Below the pieces are notes generated by a model. That model was not told the origin of the DNA. It saw only the letters and a list, made by a program, of their open reading frames with translations, and did no database searches. This document shows positions 26,202 through 36,053 of a stretch of DNA of 64,000 nucleotides, piece after piece (position 1 is the stretch's first letter; each line of letters begins with the position of its first letter). Source of the DNA: Bacilli bacterium (lineage in GTDB: Bacteria > Bacillota_I > Bacilli_A > ML615J-28 > CAG-313). Both the position numbers and the translations under genes were made by a program. The stretch is taken from contig JAZOLG010000029.1 in assembly GCA_045652765.1 (NCBI GenBank), positions 3,702 through 67,701 of the forward strand. The letters run 5' to 3'.

Positions 26202-27407
26202 ATGCTTGAAGTAAAGCGTAGTGATTTTCCACTTCTTGAATCAAATAAAGATTTAGTTTATTTAGATTCTGCAGCTACTTCAATTAAACCCCAAATTGTA
26301 ATTGATAAAATTAATGAATATTACACAAAGTATGGTGTTAATATTCATCGAGGCGTTTATGATTTAAGTGGTATTGCAACTAATGAATATGAAGAATTGA
26401 GAAATGTAGTTGCGAAATTCATTAATTCAAAACCAGAAGAGGTTGTTTACACCAAAGGGACAACTGATGGTATTAATAAACTAGCTTATATGTTAGAAGA
26501 CAGAATTAGCGAAAATGATGAAATAATTGTTTCTGTTTTAGATCATCATAGTTTGATTATGCCATGGCAAAATATTGCTTCAAAAAAGAAAGCAAAACTT
26601 GTTTTTGTCGATTTAAATGAAAATAATCAAATTACAGTTGAAAATTTTAAGAAATGTTTAAATGAAAAGACTAAAATTGTTGCATTGACACATGTTTCCA
26701 ATGTGCTTGGTGTGATTTCTCCTGTTAAAGAAATTGCACGCCTTGCGCATGAAGTAGGTGCAATCGTTATTTTAGATGGTGCCCAATCAGTGCCACATAT
26801 GAAAGTAGATGTTAAAGATTTAGATATTGATTTCTTAGCATTTTCGGGTCACAAAATGATGGCTCCTACTGGAACTGGTATTTTATATGGAAAATACAAA
26901 CTTCTTAATTCGCTGAATCCAGCTGAATTTGGTGGTGATATGAATGATGGTGTTGAAAAATATTCATCTACATATAAAGATGCACCAGAGAAATTTGAAG
27001 CTGGTACCCAAAATATTGAAGGTGTAATAGCTTTTAAAAAAGCCATTGAGTACTTATCTAACTTAGGATTAGATAATGTTCATGAACATTCTACAAACTT
27101 AGCTCAATATGTTGTTGAACAAATAAAAGATAATCCTTTAGTTGAACTATATACTAAAAACCCAGAAAGTGGAATAGTAACATTTAATATTAAAGGTGTT
27201 CATCCACATGATGTAGCGACTTTCTTATCAAGTTATAATATTTGTATTAGAGCGGGTCATCACTGTGCTCAACTCATCACTCATCACTTAGGGTGTATGG
27301 GAACAGTTCGTGCAAGCTTTTATATATATAATACACTTGATGATGCAAAAAAATTAGTTGAGGCAATCAATGCAGCAACTGATTACTTTAAGGAGTGGTT
27401 AATATGA
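26202..27407 (+). CDS. sufS: Cysteine desulfurase SufS (class V aminotransferase, group II)
   Basis: PLP-lysine motif FSGHKM and catalytic-cysteine motif RAGHHCAQ. Positioned between sufD and sufU. Confidence 0.94.
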   Translation: MLEVKRSDFPLLESNKDLVYLDSAATSIKPQIVIDKINEYYTKYGVNIHRGVYDLSGIATNEYEELRNVVAKFINSKPEEVVYTKGTTDGINKLAYMLEDRISENDEIIVSVLDHHSLIMPWQNIASKKKAKLVFVDLNENNQITVENFKKCLNEKTKIVALTHVSNVLGVISPVKEIARLAHEVGAIVILDGAQSVPHMKVDVKDLDIDFLAFSGHKMMAPTGTGILYGKYKLLNSLNPAEFGGDMNDGVEKYSSTYKDAPEKFEAGTQNIEGVIAFKKAIEYLSNLGLDNVHEHSTNLAQYVVEQIKDNPLVELYTKNPESGIVTFNIKGVHPHDVATFLSSYNICIRAGHHCAQLITHHLGCMGTVRASFYIYNTLDDAKKLVEAINAATDYFKEWLI

Positions 27408-27856
27408 ATTCAATAAACGATTTATATCGCCAAGTAATAATGGAACATTACAAATCACCAAGAAATAAAGGTTTAAAAGAAGATGAAGGTTATGTAAACC
27501 TTAGACTTAAGAATCCTTCTTGTGGTGATGACGTAACAATTCAAGCAAAAATCGAAAACGATCGAATTACTGGAATTCGTCACGAAGGTACTGGATGTTC
27601 AATTTGTTGTTCTAGTGCGTCAGTAATGAGTGAGGTTTTAAAAGGTAAAACTGTTAAGGAAGCTGAAGCCATTATTAATGACTATTATAATTTAATTAAA
27701 GGTGAAGAAGTAGAAGATGAAGATAGCCTAGATGAAGCCATTGCGTATCGTGGTGTAGCAAACTTCCCTGCTCGTGTAAAATGTGCAACTCTTGCATGGC
27801 GTGCTCTTGGTGCGATTCTACAAGGACAAAAAGGTGAACAAGATGTCGAAGAATAA
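27404..27856 (+). CDS. sufU: Zinc-dependent sulfurtransferase / scaffold SufU
   Basis: [16 protein letters not shown] and a C-terminal KCATLAW Cys. The ATG at 27404 follows AAGGAG and overlaps the sufS stop (ATGA). The track start at 27395 is a GTG within the RBS. Confidence 0.92.
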   Translation: MNSINDLYRQVIMEHYKSPRNKGLKEDEGYVNLRLKNPSCGDDVTIQAKIENDRITGIRHEGTGCSICCSSASVMSEVLKGKTVKEAEAIINDYYNLIKGEEVEDEDSLDEAIAYRGVANFPARVKCATLAWRALGAILQGQKGEQDVEE

Positions 27857-29249
27857 TACATTAGATAAAATTGGTACAGATTATAAATATGGTTTTTCGA
27901 CTGATACTAAATCAGTATTTGATACGGGTCGTGGTATTTCTGAAGAAGTTGTAAGAAAAATTTCTTCTTACAAAAATGAACCTGAATGGATGCTAGACTT
28001 AAGAGTAAAAGCATATAATGCATTTGCTGAGAAAAAATGGCCAACTTTTGGACCAAAGTTAGACATGTTAAATTTTGATGAATATATATATTATATTAAA
28101 TCAACAAACAATATTTCTAATAGTTGGAATCAAGTGCCAGAAGAAATCAAAGATACATTTGATAAACTTGGTATTCCTGAGGCTGAACAAAAGTATTTAG
28201 CTGGAGTATCTACTCAATTTGAATCAGAAGTTGTATATCATAATACAATCGAAGAATTAGAAAAATTAGGTGTATTATTTTGTGACACTGATACTGCTGT
28301 AAAAAAATACCCAGAAATTGTTAAAGAATATTTTAATAAAGTAGTTCCATATCAAGACAATATGTTTGCATCACTTAATACTGCTGTTTGGTCTGGTGGA
28401 TCATTTATATATATTCCAAAAGGAGTGAAGATTGAAAAACCTCTTCAATCTTATTTTAGAATAAATACTGAACAAATGGGTCAATTCGAAAGAACATTAA
28501 TAATTGTAGATGAAGGTGCAAGTCTTAATTATGTTGAAGGATGTACAGCACCTAAATATTCAAAAGACTCACTACATGCAGCTGTTGTTGAAATTTATGT
28601 TAAAAAAGGTGGATATTGCAGATATTCAACAGTTCAAAACTGGTCTAACAACATTGTTAACTTAGTTACTAAAAGAGCTTATGTTGAAGAAAATGGACAT
28701 ATGGAATGGATCGATGGAAATATCGGATCTATGGTTAATATGAAATATCCAGCTTGTATCTTGGCTGGACCTTATGCGAAAGGAACAACAATTTCAATTG
28801 CTTTTGCTGGTCAAGCACAATACCAAGATACAGGAGCAAAAATGATTCATTTAGCTCCAAATACTACAAGCCAAATTATTTCTAAATCAATTTGTCGAGG
28901 TGGCGGTAAAGTTAATTACCGTGGTACAGTGCGACATGGTAAAAATGCCAATAATGCCAAATCGCATGTTGAATGTGATACTTTAATTTTAGATAATATT
29001 TCCACTAGTGATACTATTCCAACAAATATTGTACAAAATGGAACTTCATATATTGAACATGAAGCGACAGTATCTAAAGTATCAGAAGAACAATTATTCT
29101 ATTTAATGAGTCGAGGTTTAACTGAACAACAAGCAACAGAAATGATTATCATGGGATTCATTGAGCCTTTCGCAAAAGAACTACCAATGGAATATGCAGT
29201 AGAACTTAATCAATTAATTAAACTTGAAATGACTAATTCAATTGGATAA
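27843..29249 (+). CDS. sufB: Fe-S cluster assembly scaffold SufB
   Basis: Typical SufB N-terminus YKYGF and blocks [23 protein letters not shown] and [21 protein letters not shown]. The start at ATG 27843 (MSKNN) is preferred over the longer track ORF, which overlaps sufU by 74 nt. Confidence 0.93.
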   Translation: MSKNNTLDKIGTDYKYGFSTDTKSVFDTGRGISEEVVRKISSYKNEPEWMLDLRVKAYNAFAEKKWPTFGPKLDMLNFDEYIYYIKSTNNISNSWNQVPEEIKDTFDKLGIPEAEQKYLAGVSTQFESEVVYHNTIEELEKLGVLFCDTDTAVKKYPEIVKEYFNKVVPYQDNMFASLNTAVWSGGSFIYIPKGVKIEKPLQSYFRINTEQMGQFERTLIIVDEGASLNYVEGCTAPKYSKDSLHAAVVEIYVKKGGYCRYSTVQNWSNNIVNLVTKRAYVEENGHMEWIDGNIGSMVNMKYPACILAGPYAKGTTISIAFAGQAQYQDTGAKMIHLAPNTTSQIISKSICRGGGKVNYRGTVRHGKNANNAKSHVECDTLILDNISTSDTIPTNIVQNGTSYIEHEATVSKVSEEQLFYLMSRGLTEQQATEMIIMGFIEPFAKELPMEYAVELNQLIKLEMTNSIG

Positions 29250-29254
29250 AATAA

Positions 29255-29289
29255 AATAACCATTCTTTATAAAGAATGGTTATTTTTTA
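29255..29289. terminator. Bidirectional terminator between sufB and the XRE gene
   Basis: TAACCATTCTTT / AAAGAATGGTTA stem flanked by A and T runs. Confidence 0.85.
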
Positions 29290-29562
29290 TTTCCCAAAGT
29301 TTTTATTATAATCTTCTTCCACAATCTTATTAAAATCTTTAATTCTTGATTTTAGATATTTATCCGAATCAACACCAAGCAATTCATCAATTGTTAATTG
29401 GAATATTTCTGCCATTTTCATAAGTTGGTCAAGACTAGGTTCTTGGTGACCTGTTTCAATTCTAGAATAATTAGATTGATTCATATCAAGCATTGTGGCC
29501 ATATCTTTTTGCGAGATATCACGATCTTCTCTAGCGTTCTTAATTCTTTCATAAAAATTCAT
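29287..29562 (-). CDS. XRE-family helix-turn-helix transcriptional regulator
   Basis: HTH_3 pattern RIKNAREDRDISQKDMATMLDMNQSNYSRIETGHQEPSLDQLMKMAEIF. Divergent from the hydrolase/murF-like/ddl genes. Confidence 0.85.
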   Translation of the reverse strand: MNFYERIKNAREDRDISQKDMATMLDMNQSNYSRIETGHQEPSLDQLMKMAEIFQLTIDELLGVDSDKYLKSRIKDFNKIVEEDYNKNFGK

Positions 29563-29612
29563 AATTATATACCTCGGTTTAATTATAATTATAAATTTTA
29601 GATAATTTTAAA

Positions 29613-29626
29613 AATATTCGAATATT
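29613..29626. promoter_or_regulatory. 14-bp perfect palindrome AATATTCGAATATT, candidate XRE-regulator operator
   Basis: The sequence is its own reverse complement. It is located in the divergent intergenic region between the XRE gene and the hydrolase/murF-like/ddl genes. Confidence 0.3.
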
Positions 29627-29704
29627 ATTTATATTTTAATAAAATGTTTAAAATAAGGATACATATAAAGTGGTATAAAAATTAATTGTTATACATATTA
29701 TGTC

Positions 29705-30475
29705 GTGATGAAAATGAAAGATTACAAAGATATAAAATATTTATTTTATAATGAAGAAAAAAAGATTAATACAATAATACTTCCGGGATTTCTTCAGACA
29801 AATCGCCAATATCAAAATCTATTTGATACAATAAGAAAAAATTCAAATCTATTTGTAATAGAATTTCCAGGCTTTGGTATTAGTAAAAAACTTGATTATG
29901 TAGTTACTCTAGACTATTACGTAATATTGCTTAGAAATTTTATTCAGGATTTAAAACTTAGTAACGTGGTATTAATAGGACATTCCTTTGGTGGAAGAGT
30001 TATTACTAAGTATGAATCAATATATAATGATTCTATTGCGTTAATATTAATTGATAGTGCAGGGATTAGACAGAAGTCATTTAAAAAGATTGTTAAAGTA
30101 TTTAAATATAAAATAAAAAAGAAGATATTTAAAATGTTTAAATTAAGAAAACTGTATTTAGAATTGGTTAATACAAGTGGCAGTAAAGATTATCAACAAT
30201 TGGATCCAATATCAAAACAAACTTTTAATAATATTATAAAAGAAAACACAATTAAGTATTTATCTAAGATTAATACATTAACATTTATAATATGGGGGGA
30301 ACTTGATAAAGAGACACCATTAAAAATGGGAGAAATTATGAATAAAAAAATTAAAAACAGCTCCCTAATTAAGATTAATGAAGTAGGCCATTTTCCACAT
30401 TTGGAAAAACCATTATTAATTAATAACATTATTGATTGTTTTTATCAAGAGGTGATATTATCAGTTATACAATAA
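29705..30475 (+). CDS. Alpha/beta-fold hydrolase
   Basis: Nucleophile elbow GHSFGG and a C-terminal His region (VGHFPHLEKP). The start is ambiguous (GTG 29705, ATG 29708 or ATG 29714). Confidence 0.75.
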   Translation: MMKMKDYKDIKYLFYNEEKKINTIILPGFLQTNRQYQNLFDTIRKNSNLFVIEFPGFGISKKLDYVVTLDYYVILLRNFIQDLKLSNVVLIGHSFGGRVITKYESIYNDSIALILIDSAGIRQKSFKKIVKVFKYKIKKKIFKMFKLRKLYLELVNTSGSKDYQQLDPISKQTFNNIIKENTIKYLSKINTLTFIIWGELDKETPLKMGEIMNKKIKNSSLIKINEVGHFPHLEKPLLINNIIDCFYQEVILSVIQ

Positions 30476-31971
30476 TTATCTTATTTATAATAATTTTATT
30501 ATCTGAATATTTAACAGAACTTAATATCTTCCAACAAAGTGGATATTCTCTTAAAAAGTATTTAAAAACTTTAAAAACATTCTATATATCGAAAGTAACA
30601 AGTTATATCAAATTAGCATTATTAATTGTCTCAATAACTTATTTATTTAAACAAACTTTAATATTAGGTTTTTCAATATTGTTCTTGTCTTTGGGTATAG
30701 TTCTACTTAATAAATCGCTAATTTTAAAGCTAAAATTTACTAAAAGAATGATAAGATTAATTGGAGTAATTGGATTACTAAATATAATATTTATGTTAAA
30801 TCCTATTGGAGTACTCGTACTAGAAATATATTTAATGCCATTTTTTATAATTTTAAGTAATTTATTAATTTTACCAGTTGAAATCAAAATAAGAAAACAT
30901 TATATAAACCGCGCAAAAGATAAATTAGATTATGTAAGTCCACTCGTAATTGGTGTAACTGGAAGCTTTGGAAAAACAACAGTAAAAAACTTTATCTATC
31001 AATTATGTAAAGATATATATATATCTACTATGAGTAAAAAATCGTATAATACTGAAATGGGATTATGTCTTAGTATTTTAGAAGACTTATCACTCGGTGA
31101 TGAAATATATATTGCAGAGCTAGGCGCAACAAAACCTAAAGACATAAAAAAACTAGCAACATTTGTTAATCCAACCATAGGTGTTATTACAGATATAGGC
31201 ATACAGCACCTTGAGACATTTAAAACTGTGGAAAATATATTAAAAACTAAACTAGAAATATTAATGTCCAAAAACATAACAACATTAATAATTAATAGTG
31301 ATAATATATATTTAAACGAATTTGAGTATCCAAAAGAATTAAATGTCATTAGAGTAGGACAAAACACTAATGCAAACATTCGTTTTACTAATGTTAAATA
31401 TTTCTTTGATCATACAACATTTGATATTTTAGATAATAATATTTATCATGTTGAAACTAATGTAGTTGGTATTCATAATGTATTAAATATAATGTTAGCG
31501 TATACTCTTGCAAGTCATTTGGGAATTAACAAAAGGTTAATAATTGATAAAATTAAAAACTTAGAAATGCCAAAAAACCGTTTAGAAATTAAACATTATA
31601 ATCAGCATACTGTAATTGATAACTCATTTAATTCTAATGTAGTTGGTTTTTATAATAATGTTAGTTTATTAAGTCTTGCAAATAACTATAAAGTAGTTAT
31701 TACACCAGGTGTAGTTGAACTTAAAAATAAAAGCAAAGAAGAACATATTAAACTGGCTAAACATTTGATGAATAGTGTAAATTTTATATATTTAATCAAA
31801 AACAAAAACACTATATATATGCAAGATGAATTTATAAAAAACCATTTTACAAATTATCATTTATGTGATTCATTTGATATGGCTTTTAAGAATGCTTTAA
31901 AAAATGAAAAACCGTCAACAATTTTAATTGAAAATGATTTAACAGATTATTATATGAATGGAGGAATTTAA
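30436..31971 (+). CDS. murF: MurF-type Mur ligase (UDP-MurNAc-tripeptide--D-Ala-D-Ala ligase-like) with a polytopic membrane N-terminal domain
   Basis: P-loop VIGVTGSFGKTT at about residue 175, then ELGATKPKDI, TDIGIQHLE, GIHNVLNIMLAY, NRLE, DNSFNSN. The first roughly 165 aa are hydrophobic helices. The stop overlaps the ddl ATG. The start codon is uncertain: TTG at 30436 is the only canonical start. Confidence 0.7.
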   Translation: MFLSRGDIISYTIIILFIIILLSEYLTELNIFQQSGYSLKKYLKTLKTFYISKVTSYIKLALLIVSITYLFKQTLILGFSILFLSLGIVLLNKSLILKLKFTKRMIRLIGVIGLLNIIFMLNPIGVLVLEIYLMPFFIILSNLLILPVEIKIRKHYINRAKDKLDYVSPLVIGVTGSFGKTTVKNFIYQLCKDIYISTMSKKSYNTEMGLCLSILEDLSLGDEIYIAELGATKPKDIKKLATFVNPTIGVITDIGIQHLETFKTVENILKTKLEILMSKNITTLIINSDNIYLNEFEYPKELNVIRVGQNTNANIRFTNVKYFFDHTTFDILDNNIYHVETNVVGIHNVLNIMLAYTLASHLGINKRLIIDKIKNLEMPKNRLEIKHYNQHTVIDNSFNSNVVGFYNNVSLLSLANNYKVVITPGVVELKNKSKEEHIKLAKHLMNSVNFIYLIKNKNTIYMQDEFIKNHFTNYHLCDSFDMAFKNALKNEKPSTILIENDLTDYYMNGGI

Positions 31972-33068
31972 TGAAAATAAATGTTGGAATATTATTTGGT
32001 GGAAAAAGCGTTGAACATGATATATCAATTATCACAGCTTTACAAATTTATGAAAACATTGATAAAAATAAATATAATGTAATACCTCTTTATTTAAACC
32101 ACAATAATGAGATATATACAGGAAAGAAGTATTTTGACTTAGAAACATATAAAAAACCAATAAAAGATAAACCTTATATTTTAACTTTTTATAATGGTAC
32201 GAATATTTTGCAAAGCATAACTCAAAAGTTCAAAAAACGCGTTAAAATTGACGTTATTTTCAGTTCTGTACATGGTATGGGAACTGAAGACGGAACTTTA
32301 GCCGGATTCTTAGAATTTATAGGAATTCCATATACATCACCAAGTATATTAGGATCTAGCATATGTCAAGATAAAGCATATACAAAAGAAACCTTAAAAA
32401 GTATTAATATAAATTGTTTAGACTATATCGTTATAACTGATGAAAACAAAATGGATTTATTAAGTTTAACCAAAAATCTAACATATCCTAAAATTATTAA
32501 GCCTGCTCATTTAGGATCTAGTATTGGTATAAGTGTAGTAAATAATCAAGAACAACTAATCAAAGAGATTCAAAAAGCACTAGTTTATGATAATAAAATA
32601 ATTATTGAAACTTTTTTAGAAAACTTCAAAGAATATAACATCGCAGTATATAAAAGAAAAAACAATTATTTAACGTCAAGCATTGAAATTATTTCAAAAG
32701 AAAATACAATTTTTGATTTTGATGAAAAATATATTAATCATCACAAAGATATGAAACACCAAATATTACAAAATGAAAATCTAATCAAACAAATTGAAGA
32801 GATTGCTGTAAAAGCATATCAACATTTAGAACTGTCAGGAGTAGTACGATTTGACTTTATTGAGAAGGACCAACTTTATTTAAATGAAATCAATACAATA
32901 CCAGGTGCACTGGCAAATTATTTATTTAAAGATAAAAATTTATCATTTAGTGTTTTAATAGATGAACAAATTAAACAAGCAATTTACATTCATAATAAAA
33001 GAAGAAGACTCATAAAAACATTTAATAGTAGTGTTTTAACTAACACAAATAAAATTGTAAAAAAATAA
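31971..33068 (+). CDS. ddl: D-alanine--D-alanine ligase
   Basis: GILFGGKSVEHDISI, HG.GTEDGTLAGFLE..GIPY, ATP-grasp blocks. The omega-loop FDFDEKY retains the Lys-Tyr of D-Ala-D-Ala (non-Van) ligases. Confidence 0.92.
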   Translation: MKINVGILFGGKSVEHDISIITALQIYENIDKNKYNVIPLYLNHNNEIYTGKKYFDLETYKKPIKDKPYILTFYNGTNILQSITQKFKKRVKIDVIFSSVHGMGTEDGTLAGFLEFIGIPYTSPSILGSSICQDKAYTKETLKSININCLDYIVITDENKMDLLSLTKNLTYPKIIKPAHLGSSIGISVVNNQEQLIKEIQKALVYDNKIIIETFLENFKEYNIAVYKRKNNYLTSSIEIISKENTIFDFDEKYINHHKDMKHQILQNENLIKQIEEIAVKAYQHLELSGVVRFDFIEKDQLYLNEINTIPGALANYLFKDKNLSFSVLIDEQIKQAIYIHNKRRRLIKTFNSSVLTNTNKIVKK

Positions 33069-33162
33069 GGCTAATTAAATTAATATTTTACAATTTAATT
33101 GACTTATAAATAATATAGGGTATAATTAAAATGTATTGTGAATTAATTCGAAGGAAAGAGAT

Positions 33163-34386
33163 ATGAAAAAAATATTTAGAATTATATATTTCATTACTTT
33201 TTTAACAATTATTTGTTTAACTTCTTCTTGTTCTAATCATGAACATAATTATGAATTATATGGGAATGAATTAAAACATTATTATCAGTGCCAATGTGGT
33301 AAAATAACTAATATGGAAAATCATGATTCAGTATGGATTACAGATAAAGCCGCAACAAAAGAATCAGCCGGCTATAAGCATCAAGAATGTTTAATTTGTA
33401 AGACAAAACATAGCTTAAATACTGTAATTAATTCACTAAAAGGTAACCCATTGAAATTCAATACTGATGTAGGACCTGTTTTTGGAACTATGCCGGCATT
33501 TCAACCGCTTATTAATTATGATATATTTATTGAGTCTGATTCATATGATTATGGTGAAGAATTTCAAATTCATCTTTGGATTTCACCTGTTCTCCAAACA
33601 CATGATATTATTGCTGAAGGAGATTTAAAACTTAAAATCGAAGAGTCTGATTCTTATGAAGTAATTGGAAAAAAAGAAGTAATTATAAAAAACTTTTCTG
33701 CTGATTCAGACAGAACATATATTCAATTTACTATTAAAGCAGTTGATAAATCAAATTTAGTAGATAAAATACAATTTAAGTTAAAATTTAATTATAAAGA
33801 AAAAGGTATGCAAGATTATTTGTCCACTAGTACAAAAGCTAAAAGCGAATGGATAAATCTAGATGAAGAATATTTTTATTCAATTGATCAGTTAGTTTAT
33901 ATAGCTGATAGTAAAGGAATAATGTTAGCAGGTAAAAAAATCATAATGGATATATACGATGCAGAAAATAACTTATTCTATAAGAGTATTAATAGAGAAT
34001 ATAATTCTAACACAATAGATAAAAATGAATATATTAAGAAATGTTATCAACATGTTACTAAAGATCAATCGTATATATACGTGAATGATGAATATATACG
34101 ATATGTCTCTAAAAATATTCGTGCGTACTTTTATATTGATTTTGATTATGAAAAAGTTAAAAATCTGTATAACTCAGATAACGAATCAGAAAAACAAACT
34201 TATGCTTCAGAATTAATTTATTTGTTATATAACCAAAATTATATATCTGAAGAAACTTATTTACAAGAGCTTGAATATATCAAAACAAAAGGGATAACAA
34301 CAAAAAACAAAGGACTTAAATTTGATTTAATGGAAATAGATTTTGATTTTGATAAAGCACAATATAAATATATAATTAAGGGTTGA
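33163..34386 (+). CDS. Hypothetical lipoprotein with N-terminal His/Cys motif
   Basis: Signal peptide plus lipobox-like LTSSC, immediately followed by HEHNYE..CQCG and H..W...AT...G....C..C. The rest has no recognisable domain. Confidence 0.7.
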   Translation: MKKIFRIIYFITFLTIICLTSSCSNHEHNYELYGNELKHYYQCQCGKITNMENHDSVWITDKAATKESAGYKHQECLICKTKHSLNTVINSLKGNPLKFNTDVGPVFGTMPAFQPLINYDIFIESDSYDYGEEFQIHLWISPVLQTHDIIAEGDLKLKIEESDSYEVIGKKEVIIKNFSADSDRTYIQFTIKAVDKSNLVDKIQFKLKFNYKEKGMQDYLSTSTKAKSEWINLDEEYFYSIDQLVYIADSKGIMLAGKKIIMDIYDAENNLFYKSINREYNSNTIDKNEYIKKCYQHVTKDQSYIYVNDEYIRYVSKNIRAYFYIDFDYEKVKNLYNSDNESEKQTYASELIYLLYNQNYISEETYLQELEYIKTKGITTKNKGLKFDLMEIDFDFDKAQYKYIIKG

Positions 34387-34404
34387 AGGCATGATTAGTA
34401 TACT

Positions 34405-34623
34405 TTGAAAAAAATTAGTTCATTTATTATTTTTAGTATGTTTTGTATATTATTTATAGAACCATGTACATTACAAAGTGAGTCTTACATTTTAAATGAA
34501 AATTATTCATGGTTTTGGAACATAAATAAAAACACATGCAGAAAATGTGGTTATTCACAATTTGGAAATGTTATTGTAGGACCTTCTTTTGTAAATGATG
34601 AAGAAGATGAAAAAGAAGAATAA
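34405..34623 (+). CDS. Hypothetical small exported protein (72 aa) with CRKCGY motif and acidic tail, uncertain
   Basis: TTG start without a well-placed RBS. It has a hydrophobic N-terminus. It lies between the lipoprotein gene and the only terminator of that unit (34629-34657). Confidence 0.4.
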   Translation: MKKISSFIIFSMFCILFIEPCTLQSESYILNENYSWFWNINKNTCRKCGYSQFGNVIVGPSFVNDEEDEKEE

Positions 34624-34628
34624 ATAAG

Positions 34629-34657
34629 AACCTGTTATAATACAGGTTTTTATTTTT
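34629..34657 (+). terminator. Intrinsic terminator after the lipoprotein / small-ORF unit
   Basis: AACCTGT / ACAGGTT stem followed by TTTTATTTTT. Confidence 0.75.
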
Positions 34658-34793
34658 GATATATTAGATGAATTATAGTTTATTTGTAAATAACACTAAA
34701 AATAAAGTATTTTGTGATATAATAATATATATGAAAAATTTAGATTAAAATCACATAGATTTCATAAACCGTTGATATAATTAGGAGGACAGA

Positions 34794-36044
34794 ATGTTTA
34801 ATCAGAATAATTTGTTAAATCTTATGCAAGAACAATTAAATAATCAAACAATCGTTGTCTGTGTATCAACAGGTATTGATTCAATGGTATTATTAGATAT
34901 TGTTCAAAAATTAAAAAATGTTAAAATTGTTGTTGCGCATGTAAATCATCATAAAAGAGAACAATCAAATGAAGAACAAGATTATATTGTTGAGTATTGT
35001 AAAAACAATAATTTAAAATGCTATGTTGAAGAATTACATTTTAATGAAACAAAAAATTTTCAAGAAGCCGCTAGAATTAAAAGATATCAATTCTTTGAAA
35101 AAGTAATAAAAAAAGAACAAGCACAATATTTATTAACTGCACATCATGCTGTTGACAATTTAGAAACAATTTTAATTAGACTTATTAAATCTTCATCACA
35201 TAAAGGATATGCAGGAATAGAAAAACTACAAAAGCATAATGATTATTATATTTATCGCCCACTAATAAATTTAACTAAGCAAGATATATATGATTATCAA
35301 AAACAAAATAACATTAAGTTTTTTAACGATGAATCTAACGATCAAGATGATTATTTAAGAAATCGAATTAGACATAATATTATTCCGGAAATGGAAAAAG
35401 AAAATCCATCACTTTATAAAGCTATTGAAATCTATCAACAACATATATTAGAAACTAATAAATTATTATTTGAAAAAATAAATAGTTTTATAAATAATGA
35501 AGTTTTAACACAAAATAATATTATAAGCTTTATAACAGAAACGTATAATATTCTATCAAATTATTTACAAGAACAAATATTGTTCGAAATTTTAAAAATG
35601 TATAGTTTATCAAAAACATTAGTTGAAGAATTAATTGAACAAATCAAATCCAATAAAAATACAATTATTAATAATATTAGTAAAGAATTAACAATGGTTA
35701 AAGAATATGGCTATATTAAGTTTGGTAAGTTATTAAAAATTGATGATTTTAGTTTGACAATAAATGATATTGGAACATATATTTTACCCAATGATTTTAA
35801 AATAATTGTAGATAAAAATATTTGTTATTTTGAAACAGAAAACAATAAAATGTGTTATAATGTTAAAGATTTACCGATAACTATAAGAACACGAAAAGAT
35901 GGAGATAAAATATTAATAAATAATCAATTAAAAAATCTAAGTGATTATTTAACAAATCAAAAAGTATCACATTTTGTACGTGAAGCTTTATTAGTTGTCA
36001 CTAATAATTTAAATCAAGTAATTTATTTAATTAAAAAGGAATAG
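34794..36044 (+). CDS. tilS: tRNA(Ile)-lysidine synthase
   Basis: PP-loop variant VCVSTGIDSMVLL, HVNH..R and LTAHH..D motifs. Directly upstream of ftsH as in most Firmicutes, here without an intervening hpt. Confidence 0.9.
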   Translation: MFNQNNLLNLMQEQLNNQTIVVCVSTGIDSMVLLDIVQKLKNVKIVVAHVNHHKREQSNEEQDYIVEYCKNNNLKCYVEELHFNETKNFQEAARIKRYQFFEKVIKKEQAQYLLTAHHAVDNLETILIRLIKSSSHKGYAGIEKLQKHNDYYIYRPLINLTKQDIYDYQKQNNIKFFNDESNDQDDYLRNRIRHNIIPEMEKENPSLYKAIEIYQQHILETNKLLFEKINSFINNEVLTQNNIISFITETYNILSNYLQEQILFEILKMYSLSKTLVEELIEQIKSNKNTIINNISKELTMVKEYGYIKFGKLLKIDDFSLTINDIGTYILPNDFKIIVDKNICYFETENNKMCYNVKDLPITIRTRKDGDKILINNQLKNLSDYLTNQKVSHFVREALLVVTNNLNQVIYLIKKE

Positions 36045-36053
36045 GAGGATAAA

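Noticed and set aside
31971-33068. I asked whether the Ddl next to the unusual MurF could be a Van-type D-Ala-D-Lac/D-Ser ligase (resistance-like cluster).
   Set aside because: The omega-loop reads FDFDEKY and retains the Lys-Tyr pair characteristic of D-Ala-D-Ala ligases. No vanH/vanX/vanRS-like genes are adjacent.
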